From Dehalococcoidia bacterium (GTDB lineage: Bacteria > Chloroflexota > Dehalococcoidia > Plut-88900): 64,000 nucleotides of DNA. Positions within the stretch are counted from its first letter, which is position 1; each line of letters opens with the position of its first letter. The stretch covers positions 192,001-256,000 of the forward strand of contig CBDFLQ010000006.1 in assembly GCA_965249275.1 (NCBI GenBank). The letters run 5' to 3'. This document shows positions 48,931 to 58,883 of this stretch, in pieces. The notes under the pieces were generated by a model. The model had not been told where the DNA came from, did not search any database, and saw nothing but the letters and a program-made list of their open reading frames with translations. The position numbers and the translations under genes were made by a program.

Positions 48931-50181
48931 CTACACCCACCGAGTCTTCTTGCTCGCCGCCTTAGCCGACTTCACCATACTCACCCCACCACCCCCCAAT
49001 TCAATATCGACCATTCTCCAGAACTCCTCCCGGTCGGCCCCGTTCACCACCGCCTGCTCGTGCGCCTCGGCAAGGGCTAGAGGATATCCTTGCCCCAACC
49101 GGCACTGCTCCAACACCACCGAATGCACCAGGTCCACCAGTTCCTCCCGGCGGCTCGCCCATCGAGGCATCTCCACCCGCCCCACCTCCTGACCCACGTT
49201 CACGTAGAAAAACTCTACGTGGTGCTCCCGGTAACTGTCCCTCACTATGGACGACCGGCTCGCAAACAACCCAGACCTCTCTCCCACCCCGAGCAGCCTC
49301 TCAAACAGGTCCCGGTCCCGTATCATCGACACCACGTCGCATTCTCTCACCTCCCCTGGCGCGGCCACACATGCTGCACACCCCGTATTTCCGGCCCTGT
49401 ACCCGGAACAATGTCTGTCGCAGTCGGGGAAAGGCGTGTGAGGACAGAATAAGACTCTAAGACTGTTCACCACCTCAGCACTGCCGGGATAGCTGATGTA
49501 GGAGGCCAGGGCAACGGGTGCCTTCTCGGAAAGCTCCCGAAACCCATCCATCGCCTCTAGCAACCCTTGATCTAGAAACCTCCGCCTTACAAAGTCCTTT
49601 ACGCTGTCTCCTATCAACCCAATGGGCACCAATGTCCCGTCCATAAGACACACCGTCGGCACCCGAGGCGGCTCCTTTTCCATCTCTCTGAGCAGGTACC
49701 GGAACTCCTCCACCATCCGCTTGATCCCGACCATCGCCGGATTCATAAATTGCTCCCCCGCCGACTCCGGGTCCCTCAACACCAGGTCCTCTTCTCCAGC
49801 ATATAGCCTCGGTTCACTCCGAAGCTCAGCCCCGTGCCCCGACCCATACCGAAGCGCCGCCAGCCCGATGTTTATCAGGTAGCACCGCGCCGGCCCGTGC
49901 CTGTCCGAGTCTATGCTCGACCCATCCACCGAGGCCACTCCATAATCTCTGGGCACACTTGGGGCTGGATATTTTACCGAGATTGCCTCCAGCGGCTCCG
50001 ACACCAGCCACGTTACCTTCGTCCTTTCGATCCGCGCCCTCAGCGCCTCCGCGTCCATACCCGGCTGTTCGACCAGACCAAGCGCCGACTCCAGGTGCTC
50101 CTGCCAACCCTTTTCCCCCGACCGGATGTCCTCCGCCATCTGGGCTATCTGCCCTATCACCTTGTCTATTTCTAGACTCAC
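48931..50181 (-). CDS. nurA: NurA-family nuclease
   Basis: VDGS, MDGTL, GRVEMP, GYPLALAEAHEQAVV; operon with HAS-barrel and herA. Confidence 0.9.
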   Translation of the reverse strand: MSLEIDKVIGQIAQMAEDIRSGEKGWQEHLESALGLVEQPGMDAEALRARIERTKVTWLVSEPLEAISVKYPAPSVPRDYGVASVDGSSIDSDRHGPARCYLINIGLAALRYGSGHGAELRSEPRLYAGEEDLVLRDPESAGEQFMNPAMVGIKRMVEEFRYLLREMEKEPPRVPTVCLMDGTLVPIGLIGDSVKDFVRRRFLDQGLLEAMDGFRELSEKAPVALASYISYPGSAEVVNSLRVLFCPHTPFPDCDRHCSGYRAGNTGCAACVAAPGEVRECDVVSMIRDRDLFERLLGVGERSGLFASRSSIVRDSYREHHVEFFYVNVGQEVGRVEMPRWASRREELVDLVHSVVLEQCRLGQGYPLALAEAHEQAVVNGADREEFWRMVDIELGGGGVSMVKSAKAASKKTRWV

Positions 50182-52040
50182 CTCAGCACCCTGTCATCCC
50201 CGACTCTGCGGGTAATCCTCTGCTGGTCCAGGTATTCCATTAACGCCAGGGCGTACTTCCTGCTAGTGTCGAACATGTCCCGCACCTTGCCCACGTTGAT
50301 CTTCCCCGCCGACCTCGTCTCCTCGACTATCCGGTCCCTCATCTCCTTGTACGCTCCCGCGCTGAATACAACGTCCTGGTTCACCCTCACCACCTTGCCT
50401 CCATCCACCAGGCCGGCAACAAGCTCCCCACTGATCCCCAGATCTGTTGGTGGAGAGAACGGCTGGGCTTCCAACGCCGCCAGATACCGGTCTACCTCCG
50501 CCTGCTGCTTCGCACTCAGCACCCGAGAGTGCTCCGGTAGCCGTACAGCCGACCCCTCTTCAACCAGCGCTCCATCTTCTACCAGTTTCTCGATCACCTT
50601 CCCGAATACCTGCCCGCCAAGCCCGAGCCTGCTCCTCAACTCTTCTTTCGGCAGCCCCGTCCTGAGCGGGTGCTGCTTGTGATACGACTCCAGCGCCGTC
50701 CTCGACTTGGACATCACCCCACCCCAACCCCTCCCCGAGTACAGCACCGTACCGTCCATCACCCGTCCGTTTCCAAGAGCAGTCACTGCGTCACGGTCTA
50801 GCAGACTCTCTAGAGCCGGTGCAACATCCTCCGTTGCGATACCGCTCTCCTCCACCACCCTCTTCAACGAGCTCGGCTCCATCGATTCCAACGCCTTCAG
50901 CAACACCTCCTCAGGCCGACCCTCCGCCAGCACACTGAGCCGTTCCACTACCGGTTCACTGAACCGCTTGTGCCGGCGGGCCAGCGTCTCGATCACCTCC
51001 CCACCCCCGAGGGTCCCCTGGTGCGACCGTACGACGAACAGGTCTCCCTTCACGGCGGCTATCGGATATTGAAGGTGCAGTTGCGCCCACCCCGACTCCC
51101 CCGGTCCCAACTCCTGTTCGTCCAGCAGCCTGACCCGAGCCAGTGTCTCACTTGTACCCAAATGTAGCGTCACGGAGGCTCGATGCTTCACCGCCACCGG
51201 CGAGTCCAGTACGACCCGAAGCCTCACGTCTAGGGCTTCACTTTCCTTCAGCCATCCCCGGTCTGTCAGAATCTGTCCTCTTGCTATGTTTTCGTGACCG
51301 ATCCCCGACAAATTAGCCGCCACCCGTGACCCAGGCATCCCCGATTTCACACTCTGCTTATGCGTCTGGATCCCCCGTACCCGTCCCCTCTGCCCCCCCG
51401 GCGCCAGCTCAACCTCGTCTCCCACCGAGAGCCTCCCCCCAACCAATGTCCCCGTCACAACCGTCCCAAATCCCGATATCGTAAAAGCCCTGTCGATTGG
51501 CAGACGCGGGTGCCCGTTATCGTCCCTCTCCGCCACTCCATCCAACACCGAGTCCAGGGTACCCAGCAGCTCCGTCAACCCCTCCCCCGTCACCGAGGAG
51601 ACTGATACCATGCGCGTATCCTGCAGCGTAGTCCCCTTCAGCGAATCCATGATGTCGGACGTGACCAGCTCCATCCAGTCCTCGTCTACCAGGTCGCTCT
51701 TGGTCACTACCACCAGCCCCCGGTCGATGCGTAGCAAGTCTATGATCGCCAGATGCTCCCGAGTCTGAGGCATCACCCCCTCGTCCGCCGCAACAACCAA
51801 CATCGCCAGGTCTATCCCTCCCACCCCCGCAAGCATGTTCCTTATGAAACGCTCGTGGCCCGGCACGTCGACTATGCTCACCTCTCGACTGCTTGGAAGC
51901 TTAAGCCACGCGAAGCCAAGGTCGATGGTCAGACCCCGTTCCTTCTCTTCCCGCAGCCTGTCAGGGTCTATCCCGGTAAGGGCGCGTACCAATGCGGACT
52001 TACCGTGATCAACATGCCCCGCCGTCCCGATTACGTACAT
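50178..52040 (-). CDS. selB: selenocysteine-specific elongation factor
   Basis: [37 protein letters not shown]; C-terminal winged helix with [13 protein letters not shown]...RVGDDR. Confidence 0.97.
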   Translation of the reverse strand: MYVIGTAGHVDHGKSALVRALTGIDPDRLREEKERGLTIDLGFAWLKLPSSREVSIVDVPGHERFIRNMLAGVGGIDLAMLVVAADEGVMPQTREHLAIIDLLRIDRGLVVVTKSDLVDEDWMELVTSDIMDSLKGTTLQDTRMVSVSSVTGEGLTELLGTLDSVLDGVAERDDNGHPRLPIDRAFTISGFGTVVTGTLVGGRLSVGDEVELAPGGQRGRVRGIQTHKQSVKSGMPGSRVAANLSGIGHENIARGQILTDRGWLKESEALDVRLRVVLDSPVAVKHRASVTLHLGTSETLARVRLLDEQELGPGESGWAQLHLQYPIAAVKGDLFVVRSHQGTLGGGEVIETLARRHKRFSEPVVERLSVLAEGRPEEVLLKALESMEPSSLKRVVEESGIATEDVAPALESLLDRDAVTALGNGRVMDGTVLYSGRGWGGVMSKSRTALESYHKQHPLRTGLPKEELRSRLGLGGQVFGKVIEKLVEDGALVEEGSAVRLPEHSRVLSAKQQAEVDRYLAALEAQPFSPPTDLGISGELVAGLVDGGKVVRVNQDVVFSAGAYKEMRDRIVEETRSAGKINVGKVRDMFDTSRKYALALMEYLDQQRITRRVGDDRVLR

Positions 52041-52124
52041 CTACTCTCCCACTATCTCCAGCCCAGCTTAGAATATCACCCCAAAATCCTTGCCGCCAAC
52101 GTCGCCAATTCTCTAATGCAGAAT

Positions 52125-52170
52125 AAGAAAAATCCTCAATCCGTTGGGCAACCCAGTGGATTGAGGATTT
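52125..52170 (-). terminator. intrinsic terminator after hemW
   Basis: Long hairpin AAATCCTCAATCC..GGG-CAA-CCC..GGATTGAGGATTT, followed by a T-run on the minus strand. Confidence 0.7.
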
Positions 52171-52200
52171 CACATTCCATCGGTTGATGTGGAAATGTCC

Positions 52201-53430
52201 CTACACCTCGACCGACACAAACCTCTGGAAAACCTCGTTCCCTAGCAACCTCCCCCGAACCGTCAACCTCCACTTGTCCCCTTCTTTCTCCAACAACCCT
52301 AACCCTTCTAAGTCCCTGAGGTCCGCCCCAAACACCGATTCCAAAGACTGCCCAAACCGCTCTAGAAACCCCTCCCCCGACACCCCATCCAGCAACCGAA
52401 GCCCTAGCATCATCGTCTCCCCCATCTCCAGCGGCTTTGATATAACCTCCACCTCACTTACGGGCCCTCCACTCCCTAACGCCTCCGACATCGCTTCCGC
52501 ATCCCCTGTCAATAGTTCACCCCACCCCCCCTTCGCCTTTAATTCTTCCACCTTAGTCACATAGCGACGCGGGTTCTTCTCCTCCCAAAATCTGCATCCC
52601 CCGAGAAACGAATGCGCCCCCGCCCCGATGCCGACGTAAGACTCATTCCGCCAATAGACCAGGTTGTGTCGGCACTCCCTCTCCGGTTTCGCCCAGTTGG
52701 ATATCTCATATTGCCCGTACCCCGACTCTCCCAGCGCCCGTACCGCATATAAGTACATGTCGGCTGCCATGTCCGGGTCAGTATCGGCTGTCGCACCCCG
52801 TGCAACATCCCTCGCGAGGGGAGTGCCCTCCTCCACAGTCAGCGCGTACAAGGACAGATGCTCTGGCCCGAGAGTTCGGGCACGTTCCACCGTATCGACC
52901 CACTCATCTAGAGTGTGATTGGGAAGCCCGAACATCAAGTCCAGGTTTACGTTATCAAACCCCGCCTCCCGAGCCATCTCGAACGCCCTCTCAGCCGCCA
53001 TCGCCGAGTGTCTCCGAGTCAACGAAATCAAATGTGCGTCATTAAAGCTCTGCACCCCGATGCTCAGCCGGTTCACGTCTGCGCCCAGCAGGGCCTTGAG
53101 CCGCTCCACCGTCAGGTCTCCGGGGTTCGACTCCAACGTCACCTCGATGTCCCCGTCGCAACTGAAACCCCGGTAGCAGGCTCCCAAGATCCGTTCGACG
53201 TCTTCGACCGGCAGCAGCGAAGGTGTACCGCCCCCAAAGAAAATGGTTGGCACCCGGGTCCCTTTCCCCAACGCCGCCCCCCACATCCCAATCTCATCCA
53301 CCAACGCCGATACATACGCGGGCATCAGTTCTTCTATCCCCGCGTACGTGTTGAAGTCGCAGTAGTTGCACTTCGTAACACAGAACGGAATGTGCAGGTA
53401 TAAGGAGACCGGAGAGCCTTGGCTATACAT
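52201..53430 (-). CDS. hemW: radical SAM heme chaperone
   Basis: HIPFCVTKCNYCDF, FFGGGTPS, YEISNW, HNLVYW. Confidence 0.93.
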   Translation of the reverse strand: MYSQGSPVSLYLHIPFCVTKCNYCDFNTYAGIEELMPAYVSALVDEIGMWGAALGKGTRVPTIFFGGGTPSLLPVEDVERILGACYRGFSCDGDIEVTLESNPGDLTVERLKALLGADVNRLSIGVQSFNDAHLISLTRRHSAMAAERAFEMAREAGFDNVNLDLMFGLPNHTLDEWVDTVERARTLGPEHLSLYALTVEEGTPLARDVARGATADTDPDMAADMYLYAVRALGESGYGQYEISNWAKPERECRHNLVYWRNESYVGIGAGAHSFLGGCRFWEEKNPRRYVTKVEELKAKGGWGELLTGDAEAMSEALGSGGPVSEVEVISKPLEMGETMMLGLRLLDGVSGEGFLERFGQSLESVFGADLRDLEGLGLLEKEGDKWRLTVRGRLLGNEVFQRFVSVEV

Positions 53431-54517
53431 TAAACAGAAAGTTGATCACATCTCCGTCTTGGACCCGGTATTCCTTGCCCTCCTGCCGGATCAATCCCTG
53501 TCTGCGTGCCTCCACCAGGCCTTGGCATTTCATCACATTCTTGTACTCGATCACCTCGGCCCGTATGAATCCCCGCTCGATGTCAGAATGGATCTTCCCC
53601 GCCGCCTTAGCGGCAGCCGTGTCCCTTTCCACGGGCCATGCCCTGGCCTCGTCGGGGCCGCAGGTAAGAAACGATACCAGGCCCAGCAGTTCATACGACA
53701 CCCGCAGCACCTTCTCCAACGCCGGCTCCCCACCATTCATTGAGGCCCTGAACTCAGCGGCCTCTTCTGCATCCAGTTGCGAAAGCTCCGCCTCTAATTT
53801 GCCGCACACCGCGGACACCGACACCCCATGTCCGCCGAACTTCTCCATGGCTTCCTGTTCAAGCGTGTCCATCTTGTTCAGGTCGTCTTCTCCAACATTC
53901 AGCAAGATAAGCTCAGGCTTGGCTGTTAGAAATTGGTAGCCGCTCAGAGTCTTCTGTTCATCGGCGTTCAAGGCCTGGGACCGCATTGGAACACCGTCTT
54001 CCAGCTTCGCTCTTATCTTGTCTATGAGGACCTGTTCGGCCAGTAGCTTGTCCCGCTCCTGGGCCCGAGCCCCTTTCAAGCTGTCCCGCAGCCGCTCCGC
54101 CTTCCGTTCCAATATGGTCAGGTCCGAATAAGTCAGTTCCAGGTCCAGCACCTCGGCATCCCGATACGGGTCGACGCTTCCCTCCAAATGAGGTGTCGAG
54201 GGCTCGTCAAACCCCCGCACGACATGCAACAAGGCATCCGCCTGCGAGAGCACATTGAGCAACTTCCCCCCGAAACCCTCGCTCTTCCCCAACCCCCTTG
54301 GCGTGAGAGGCACGTCGAAGTACTTCACCTCCGCCTGCACTATCTTCCGAGAACTGAATAGATCTGAAAGAGGCTGCAGCCTAGGGTCCGGCACCTTCGC
54401 CATCCCGACGGGTGCCCGATCAGCATGGGTGCCCTGATTGTGAGCCCCAAGGCCCGTCAGGGCATTGAATATAGTGGTCTTCCCACTCTGTGGCAGGCCG
54501 ATAATTCCTATTTCCAA
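53423..54517 (-). CDS. ychF: Obg-family ATPase
   Basis: GLPQSGKT, VPDPRL, LTAKP, AAGKIHSDIERGFIRAEV, EGKEYRVQDGD. Confidence 0.95.
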   Translation of the reverse strand: MEIGIIGLPQSGKTTIFNALTGLGAHNQGTHADRAPVGMAKVPDPRLQPLSDLFSSRKIVQAEVKYFDVPLTPRGLGKSEGFGGKLLNVLSQADALLHVVRGFDEPSTPHLEGSVDPYRDAEVLDLELTYSDLTILERKAERLRDSLKGARAQERDKLLAEQVLIDKIRAKLEDGVPMRSQALNADEQKTLSGYQFLTAKPELILLNVGEDDLNKMDTLEQEAMEKFGGHGVSVSAVCGKLEAELSQLDAEEAAEFRASMNGGEPALEKVLRVSYELLGLVSFLTCGPDEARAWPVERDTAAAKAAGKIHSDIERGFIRAEVIEYKNVMKCQGLVEARRQGLIRQEGKEYRVQDGDVINFLFNV

Positions 54518-54556
54518 GAGTTTTGTTTGGGGCCTCCTGATAAATGGATTTGCGTG

Positions 54557-54958
54557 CTAAAAGAGCAGCAAACCCTCATTGGCAGCTGCTTTCGCCAGCC
54601 TTGAGTCCAGTGTCGCAAGGCTGGCTTTACGCCTCATGGCCAATTCTAAGTAGATAGCATCGTAAAACGACAGTTTATGAATCCTGGCGAGGTCGAAAAC
54701 CACTTCAAGGTTCTGGCTCTCATCAGTTTGTATGGGTAGGCTCTTGAGCGCATTCAGAAGTTCATCAACCCGAACGGCCGAGGTACGCCCGCGGCGTTCT
54801 GCAGAGATCAAGGCATTTCGTGTTTCCAGGTGCCACAGCCAAGGGGCAAGTCCCCCAGTTTCCCCTACTTGCCTTAGGGCCTTGTCAGCAAGTGGCTGGT
54901 GCTCGTCATCAAGCAACGACGCCATGACAATAGATGCATCGATGACAAGTTCGCTCAA
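54557..54958 (-). CDS. VapC-family PIN toxin
   Basis: LVIDAS, ETRN, LSFYDAIYLELA, LATLD; TTG start overlaps the antitoxin stop. Confidence 0.9.
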   Translation of the reverse strand: MSELVIDASIVMASLLDDEHQPLADKALRQVGETGGLAPWLWHLETRNALISAERRGRTSAVRVDELLNALKSLPIQTDESQNLEVVFDLARIHKLSFYDAIYLELAMRRKASLATLDSRLAKAAANEGLLLF

Positions 54959-55206
54959 TAGCGGTGCCCCTCGTGACGCCATTCAAGCATCTCTTGTAGA
55001 GTCGCTTTGATCTTTTCTCCCTCATCTCGACGACGAAGAAATTCCTCCACAGCCCTTTTCCGCTGTAATCTTTCTTGTGCCTCAGCTGGAATCAGGTGCG
55101 CTATAGGCTTGCCATGCCGCGTGATGGCTATGGTCTCGCCCTGCTCGACATTTCGGAGAAGTTCGGCTAGATGAATTTTGGCTTCAGTTGCTTGAATCAT
55201 CCGCAT
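54955..55206 (-). CDS. Phd/YefM-family antitoxin
   Basis: ATEAKIHLAELL...GETIAITRHGKPIA...WRHEGHRY. Confidence 0.9.
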   Translation of the reverse strand: MRMIQATEAKIHLAELLRNVEQGETIAITRHGKPIAHLIPAEAQERLQRKRAVEEFLRRRDEGEKIKATLQEMLEWRHEGHRY

Positions 55207-55383
55207 TGCGCATGTCCTAACCTGTTGTTTTAACCAGTTAATTATATTATCAGACCAACCGGAAGACAATCCGTCACACACCACTCCGTCACTCAAGCCC
55301 CTTCCTTGACAACCGACCCCCTCCATCCTAATGTGACATCCGTCGTCACAGCTATCCCCGACCCTGATCGTGAGCTCACGAAC

Positions 55384-56523
55384 ATGAGATTCGACAGCGG
55401 CCTATATGTTCACAGCGGCCAGCCCGAGGGCTACCCCTGGCTCGAAGAGTGGCGCGCTGAGGCCCGACTCTTCGAGCAGGCCGGCTTCACCACCGTCTGG
55501 AGCGCCGAGCACCATTTCTTCTGGGACGGTTGGGTCACCCCCACCCCCTCCAACCCCATCCTCACCTGCGTAGATCTCGCCGCCCACACTTCCACACTTC
55601 GCCTCGGCCAATGCGGCGTATCCATCACCGACCGCCACCCTGTCCATGTCGCCGAAGACATAGCCATGCTCGACCACGTCAGCAAGGGCCGCGTGGACTT
55701 CGGTGTCATCCGCGGCATCAACAACCGCGTAAACGGCAATTTCAACGTCAATGCCGACAGGCGAGACAAGAGAAAGAACTACGCCCTATTCGAAGAGGCA
55801 CTTGAGATTATTCTTAAGTGCTGGACCGAAGAAGCCTTTAGCCACACCGGGGAGTTCTACACCCTTCCCATGCCCGGCTGGCACGAACCCGTCGCTGATA
55901 TTGCCCGGGACCGGCGCTTTAACAACCCGGATGGTGAGCTCATCGCGTTGGGCGTCCTTCCCAAGCCGTACCAGAAGCCCCATCCCCCCGTTTGGCAAAT
56001 GGCCGACTCCGCATCTTCTCACGCCTTCGCCGCTAGCAGAGGGTTCGGGGGTATGTCCTGGGGCCGCACCCTGGAGGGGACCCGTGAAGCCTGGACTGCC
56101 TATCGGGACGCCGCCTCCGAGGCCCAGGGCCGCGACGTTCCCATGGGCGAAGGCGTCGCCATGATGCGCCCCATCTTCGTTGCCGATACCATGGAAGAGG
56201 CCCGGCGCATCATGCGCCCCGTAATTGAAACGGCCATGACCTATGGAGCCGGCAAATGGGCCCGACCCACTATGGTCGGCAAAAGCGAAAGCGTATCCGA
56301 TGAGGATCAGGCCGATGATTGGCTCGACTTCCTCACGAAACGAGGCCACACCCTCGTCGGCACTCCGGAATTCGTCGCAGAGGGTATTGAAAAATGGCGT
56401 ACGGAGCTCGGCTGCCAGCACGTAACCATGTACTGGCCCCTGCCCCACCTCACCTACACCGAGGTCATGCGCTCCATCTACCTCTTCGCCGATAAGGTCA
56501 TGCCCCAATTCGTCGGAAAATAA
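55384..56523 (+). CDS. LLM class flavin-dependent monooxygenase
   Basis: WSAEHH, HPVHVAEDIAMLD, PKPYQKPHPP; paralog of 33614-34768. Confidence 0.92.
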   Translation: MRFDSGLYVHSGQPEGYPWLEEWRAEARLFEQAGFTTVWSAEHHFFWDGWVTPTPSNPILTCVDLAAHTSTLRLGQCGVSITDRHPVHVAEDIAMLDHVSKGRVDFGVIRGINNRVNGNFNVNADRRDKRKNYALFEEALEIILKCWTEEAFSHTGEFYTLPMPGWHEPVADIARDRRFNNPDGELIALGVLPKPYQKPHPPVWQMADSASSHAFAASRGFGGMSWGRTLEGTREAWTAYRDAASEAQGRDVPMGEGVAMMRPIFVADTMEEARRIMRPVIETAMTYGAGKWARPTMVGKSESVSDEDQADDWLDFLTKRGHTLVGTPEFVAEGIEKWRTELGCQHVTMYWPLPHLTYTEVMRSIYLFADKVMPQFVGK

Positions 56524-56547
56524 AGATACTCAGAAAAGGATGCGCCC

Positions 56548-57288
56548 ATGTGGAAGGTAGCACTTCTGGTCCTTTCCCTGGCCCTTATAGCATCGCTCGC
56601 CCTCTCCTGTAGCGATGAACCCGAGTTAGTGCGCTTTGGCGCCGACGGGGATTATTTCCCCTACAACTTTCTGGACGACACCGGAGAGGTGGACGGCTTC
56701 GAAGCAGATTTGATCGACGAGGTCTGCCGTCGCGCTAACTTGGAATGCACTTGGGTAATCACCCCCTGGGATGGAATCATCGACAGCCTGATTGCCAAAG
56801 AATTCGACGTCATATCCGCCGGGATGAGCATAACTGACGAACGTGACGAGGTCATAGATTTCACCCAGCCCTACCTGCCCCCCACCCCCTCAATCTACGT
56901 TGCCTTGGCCACCGCGGGTGAAGACGCCCTGAACGGCAAAATCGGCGCGGGAGTCTCCACGGTGCACTCCGCTTATCTCTCGGAGTCGGGTGCCGACTTC
57001 GTTGAAATCGATGGCTCCGAAGCGCTCTTTGCGGCGCTCCTGGCCGGCGAGGTAGACGCCGTACTGGTAGATCGGGAATTCGGCCGCCAGAACATAGCTG
57101 ACAGCGAAGGCAAGCTCTCCGTTCTCGGCTCTCCGATCATCTTGGATAAAGGGATAGGTGCCGGCCTTCGCGAAGAAGACGTCGACCTGAAGGAGAAGCT
57201 GAATGAGGCCATCAGCGCGATGAAAGCCGACGGCTCTCTCAACGACCTGATCCGCAAGTGGTTCGACGAAGACGCCGAACTCTTCTAG
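56548..57288 (+). CDS. polar amino acid ABC substrate-binding lipoprotein (no permease or ATPase alongside)
   Basis: ALSC lipobox, YFPYNF, GFEADL, WDGII, AGMSITDER, MKADG. Confidence 0.9.
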   Translation: MWKVALLVLSLALIASLALSCSDEPELVRFGADGDYFPYNFLDDTGEVDGFEADLIDEVCRRANLECTWVITPWDGIIDSLIAKEFDVISAGMSITDERDEVIDFTQPYLPPTPSIYVALATAGEDALNGKIGAGVSTVHSAYLSESGADFVEIDGSEALFAALLAGEVDAVLVDREFGRQNIADSEGKLSVLGSPIILDKGIGAGLREEDVDLKEKLNEAISAMKADGSLNDLIRKWFDEDAELF

Positions 57289-57311
57289 CTCGACCCGAGG
57301 AACAGTCTCCT

Positions 57312-58841
57312 CTAGACCTTCAGCATGTCCAGCGTCCGGTCGAAGATCGAGCGCTCCTTGCCGCCTTCGACCACCGCCACCGACTTCACCGCGGCCACCA
57401 GGTGGCTCCACCTGTACGGCTCCCGAGTTGCGTAGAACTCATCGACAAGCGCTTGGTGATGCTTGATCCCGTGCAGCTCCGTAAAGTCGTCCCGGCAGAT
57501 AATCTCGCCTATTCGCTTGAACAACGCCTCAGGATTGTACCGTCGGTCGGCATAACGCTGCGCCAGCAGCATAGCCTCTTGTACCTCGTTGCCTAGTTCG
57601 AGGTTGTCTACGCCGATCTCTCTCCAATTAGCCCACGGCTGCCCCTCGATGCTCTCCACGATTCCGTCCAGCAGCTCGGCCTGTCCCATCTCCGGCAGTG
57701 ACTCCGACTTCGAGGGATCAAACGGCTTCTCCCACAGCATCCGAGACCCATTGAGGCACTCGGGGCCTGTGAGCGCCGTGATCAGCGCTTCAATCTTGTG
57801 CCTAAGGCCTACACCCTCCACGTTCAGCAGGTAGCGCCGCCCGTTGGTGCCCGTGTGCAGGTGCGAGTCCATCGGGTTACCGTAGCTCGACTTCAGGTAC
57901 GCCATCGACGCACCCACCGACAACGCCTCTCCCGCCCCTTCCAGGGACATCCCCTCGGACAGCGCCTTCGCAATCGGCTCCATGCCGTCCAGGTAGTTGG
58001 TGCATTGCCCTATGGCCTCTCCCAGCTTCCCAATCGCCTCTGTCTCCCGGTCTCCCGTTCGAAGCGGTATATCGCGGTCCATCAGTGAATAGTCTTCTAT
58101 CAGCTGAGTCACGTCGTCGAACACCGAAGCCTCGGTCCGCGAAAGGCTGAACGGGTTCCGAGCCTGGTATCGCACCACAACTCTCATCAGAACGGGCGCC
58201 CACTCCCACCCGATAACGTCCAGTGCCCTGAACGTGAACATCGGATACACGAAGTAGTGGTCGTCAATGCTGTTCCGGGACACGCAGGCCGGCAGCAGCA
58301 GGTCCAACGTCTCTCCCGGTATCCGGTTCTCTTCCAGCCACAGGTAGTATTGCTCCGCCAGGCTCGGCTTCCGCACTTGGATAGCCCTCAGCAGTGCGTC
58401 TTCCGTAGACCCCATTACGTCCGGATCATCCGACGCCTCCGTCCCCTCCGACAGGTGGTATGACCCGATCATCGCCCCCGTGCCTTCCAGCGCATCCATC
58501 GCAGGCATGATGTACGGCCCCATCTGCGGAGAGTGTACGTGGTTGTTGCACAGCGCCACGTGCTGCACTATGGGCATAAATGCCATCTCGCCACTGAGCC
58601 TGCGGGATGTGTTGTACACACCGTGAATCCCGCATATCGGGTGAACTGGACCACCGTGGTGCTCCGGAGGAAGCTCGGTAGACCGGCACACCGCCAGGGC
58701 CCCTGCCCTGAGCAAATCGACAGCCGGCGTCCCCGCCCTCAGTTTGTCCAGCGTGCGCTCGATAATCTCGCTCGGGTCCGTCCCCTCTACAAACTGGACC
58801 AGTTCTTCTACTTCGTCACGAAATACTATTCCCCTGAACAT
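57312..58841 (-). CDS. hypothetical 509-aa protein with several His motifs
   Basis: Long ORF with normal codon pattern and GGAGG RBS; downstream of a CoA-transferase; no family recognised. Confidence 0.8.
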   Translation of the reverse strand: MFRGIVFRDEVEELVQFVEGTDPSEIIERTLDKLRAGTPAVDLLRAGALAVCRSTELPPEHHGGPVHPICGIHGVYNTSRRLSGEMAFMPIVQHVALCNNHVHSPQMGPYIMPAMDALEGTGAMIGSYHLSEGTEASDDPDVMGSTEDALLRAIQVRKPSLAEQYYLWLEENRIPGETLDLLLPACVSRNSIDDHYFVYPMFTFRALDVIGWEWAPVLMRVVVRYQARNPFSLSRTEASVFDDVTQLIEDYSLMDRDIPLRTGDRETEAIGKLGEAIGQCTNYLDGMEPIAKALSEGMSLEGAGEALSVGASMAYLKSSYGNPMDSHLHTGTNGRRYLLNVEGVGLRHKIEALITALTGPECLNGSRMLWEKPFDPSKSESLPEMGQAELLDGIVESIEGQPWANWREIGVDNLELGNEVQEAMLLAQRYADRRYNPEALFKRIGEIICRDDFTELHGIKHHQALVDEFYATREPYRWSHLVAAVKSVAVVEGGKERSIFDRTLDMLKV

Positions 58842-58883
58842 TAAGTCCTCCTGCCGAGATACGGCACACTGCCAATAAAGCGC

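Noticed and set aside
46377-50181. HerA as an anti-phage system of the Sir2-HerA type
   Set aside because: Its partners are NurA and a HAS-barrel protein in a housekeeping context with host-like composition, which matches the repair-type operon.
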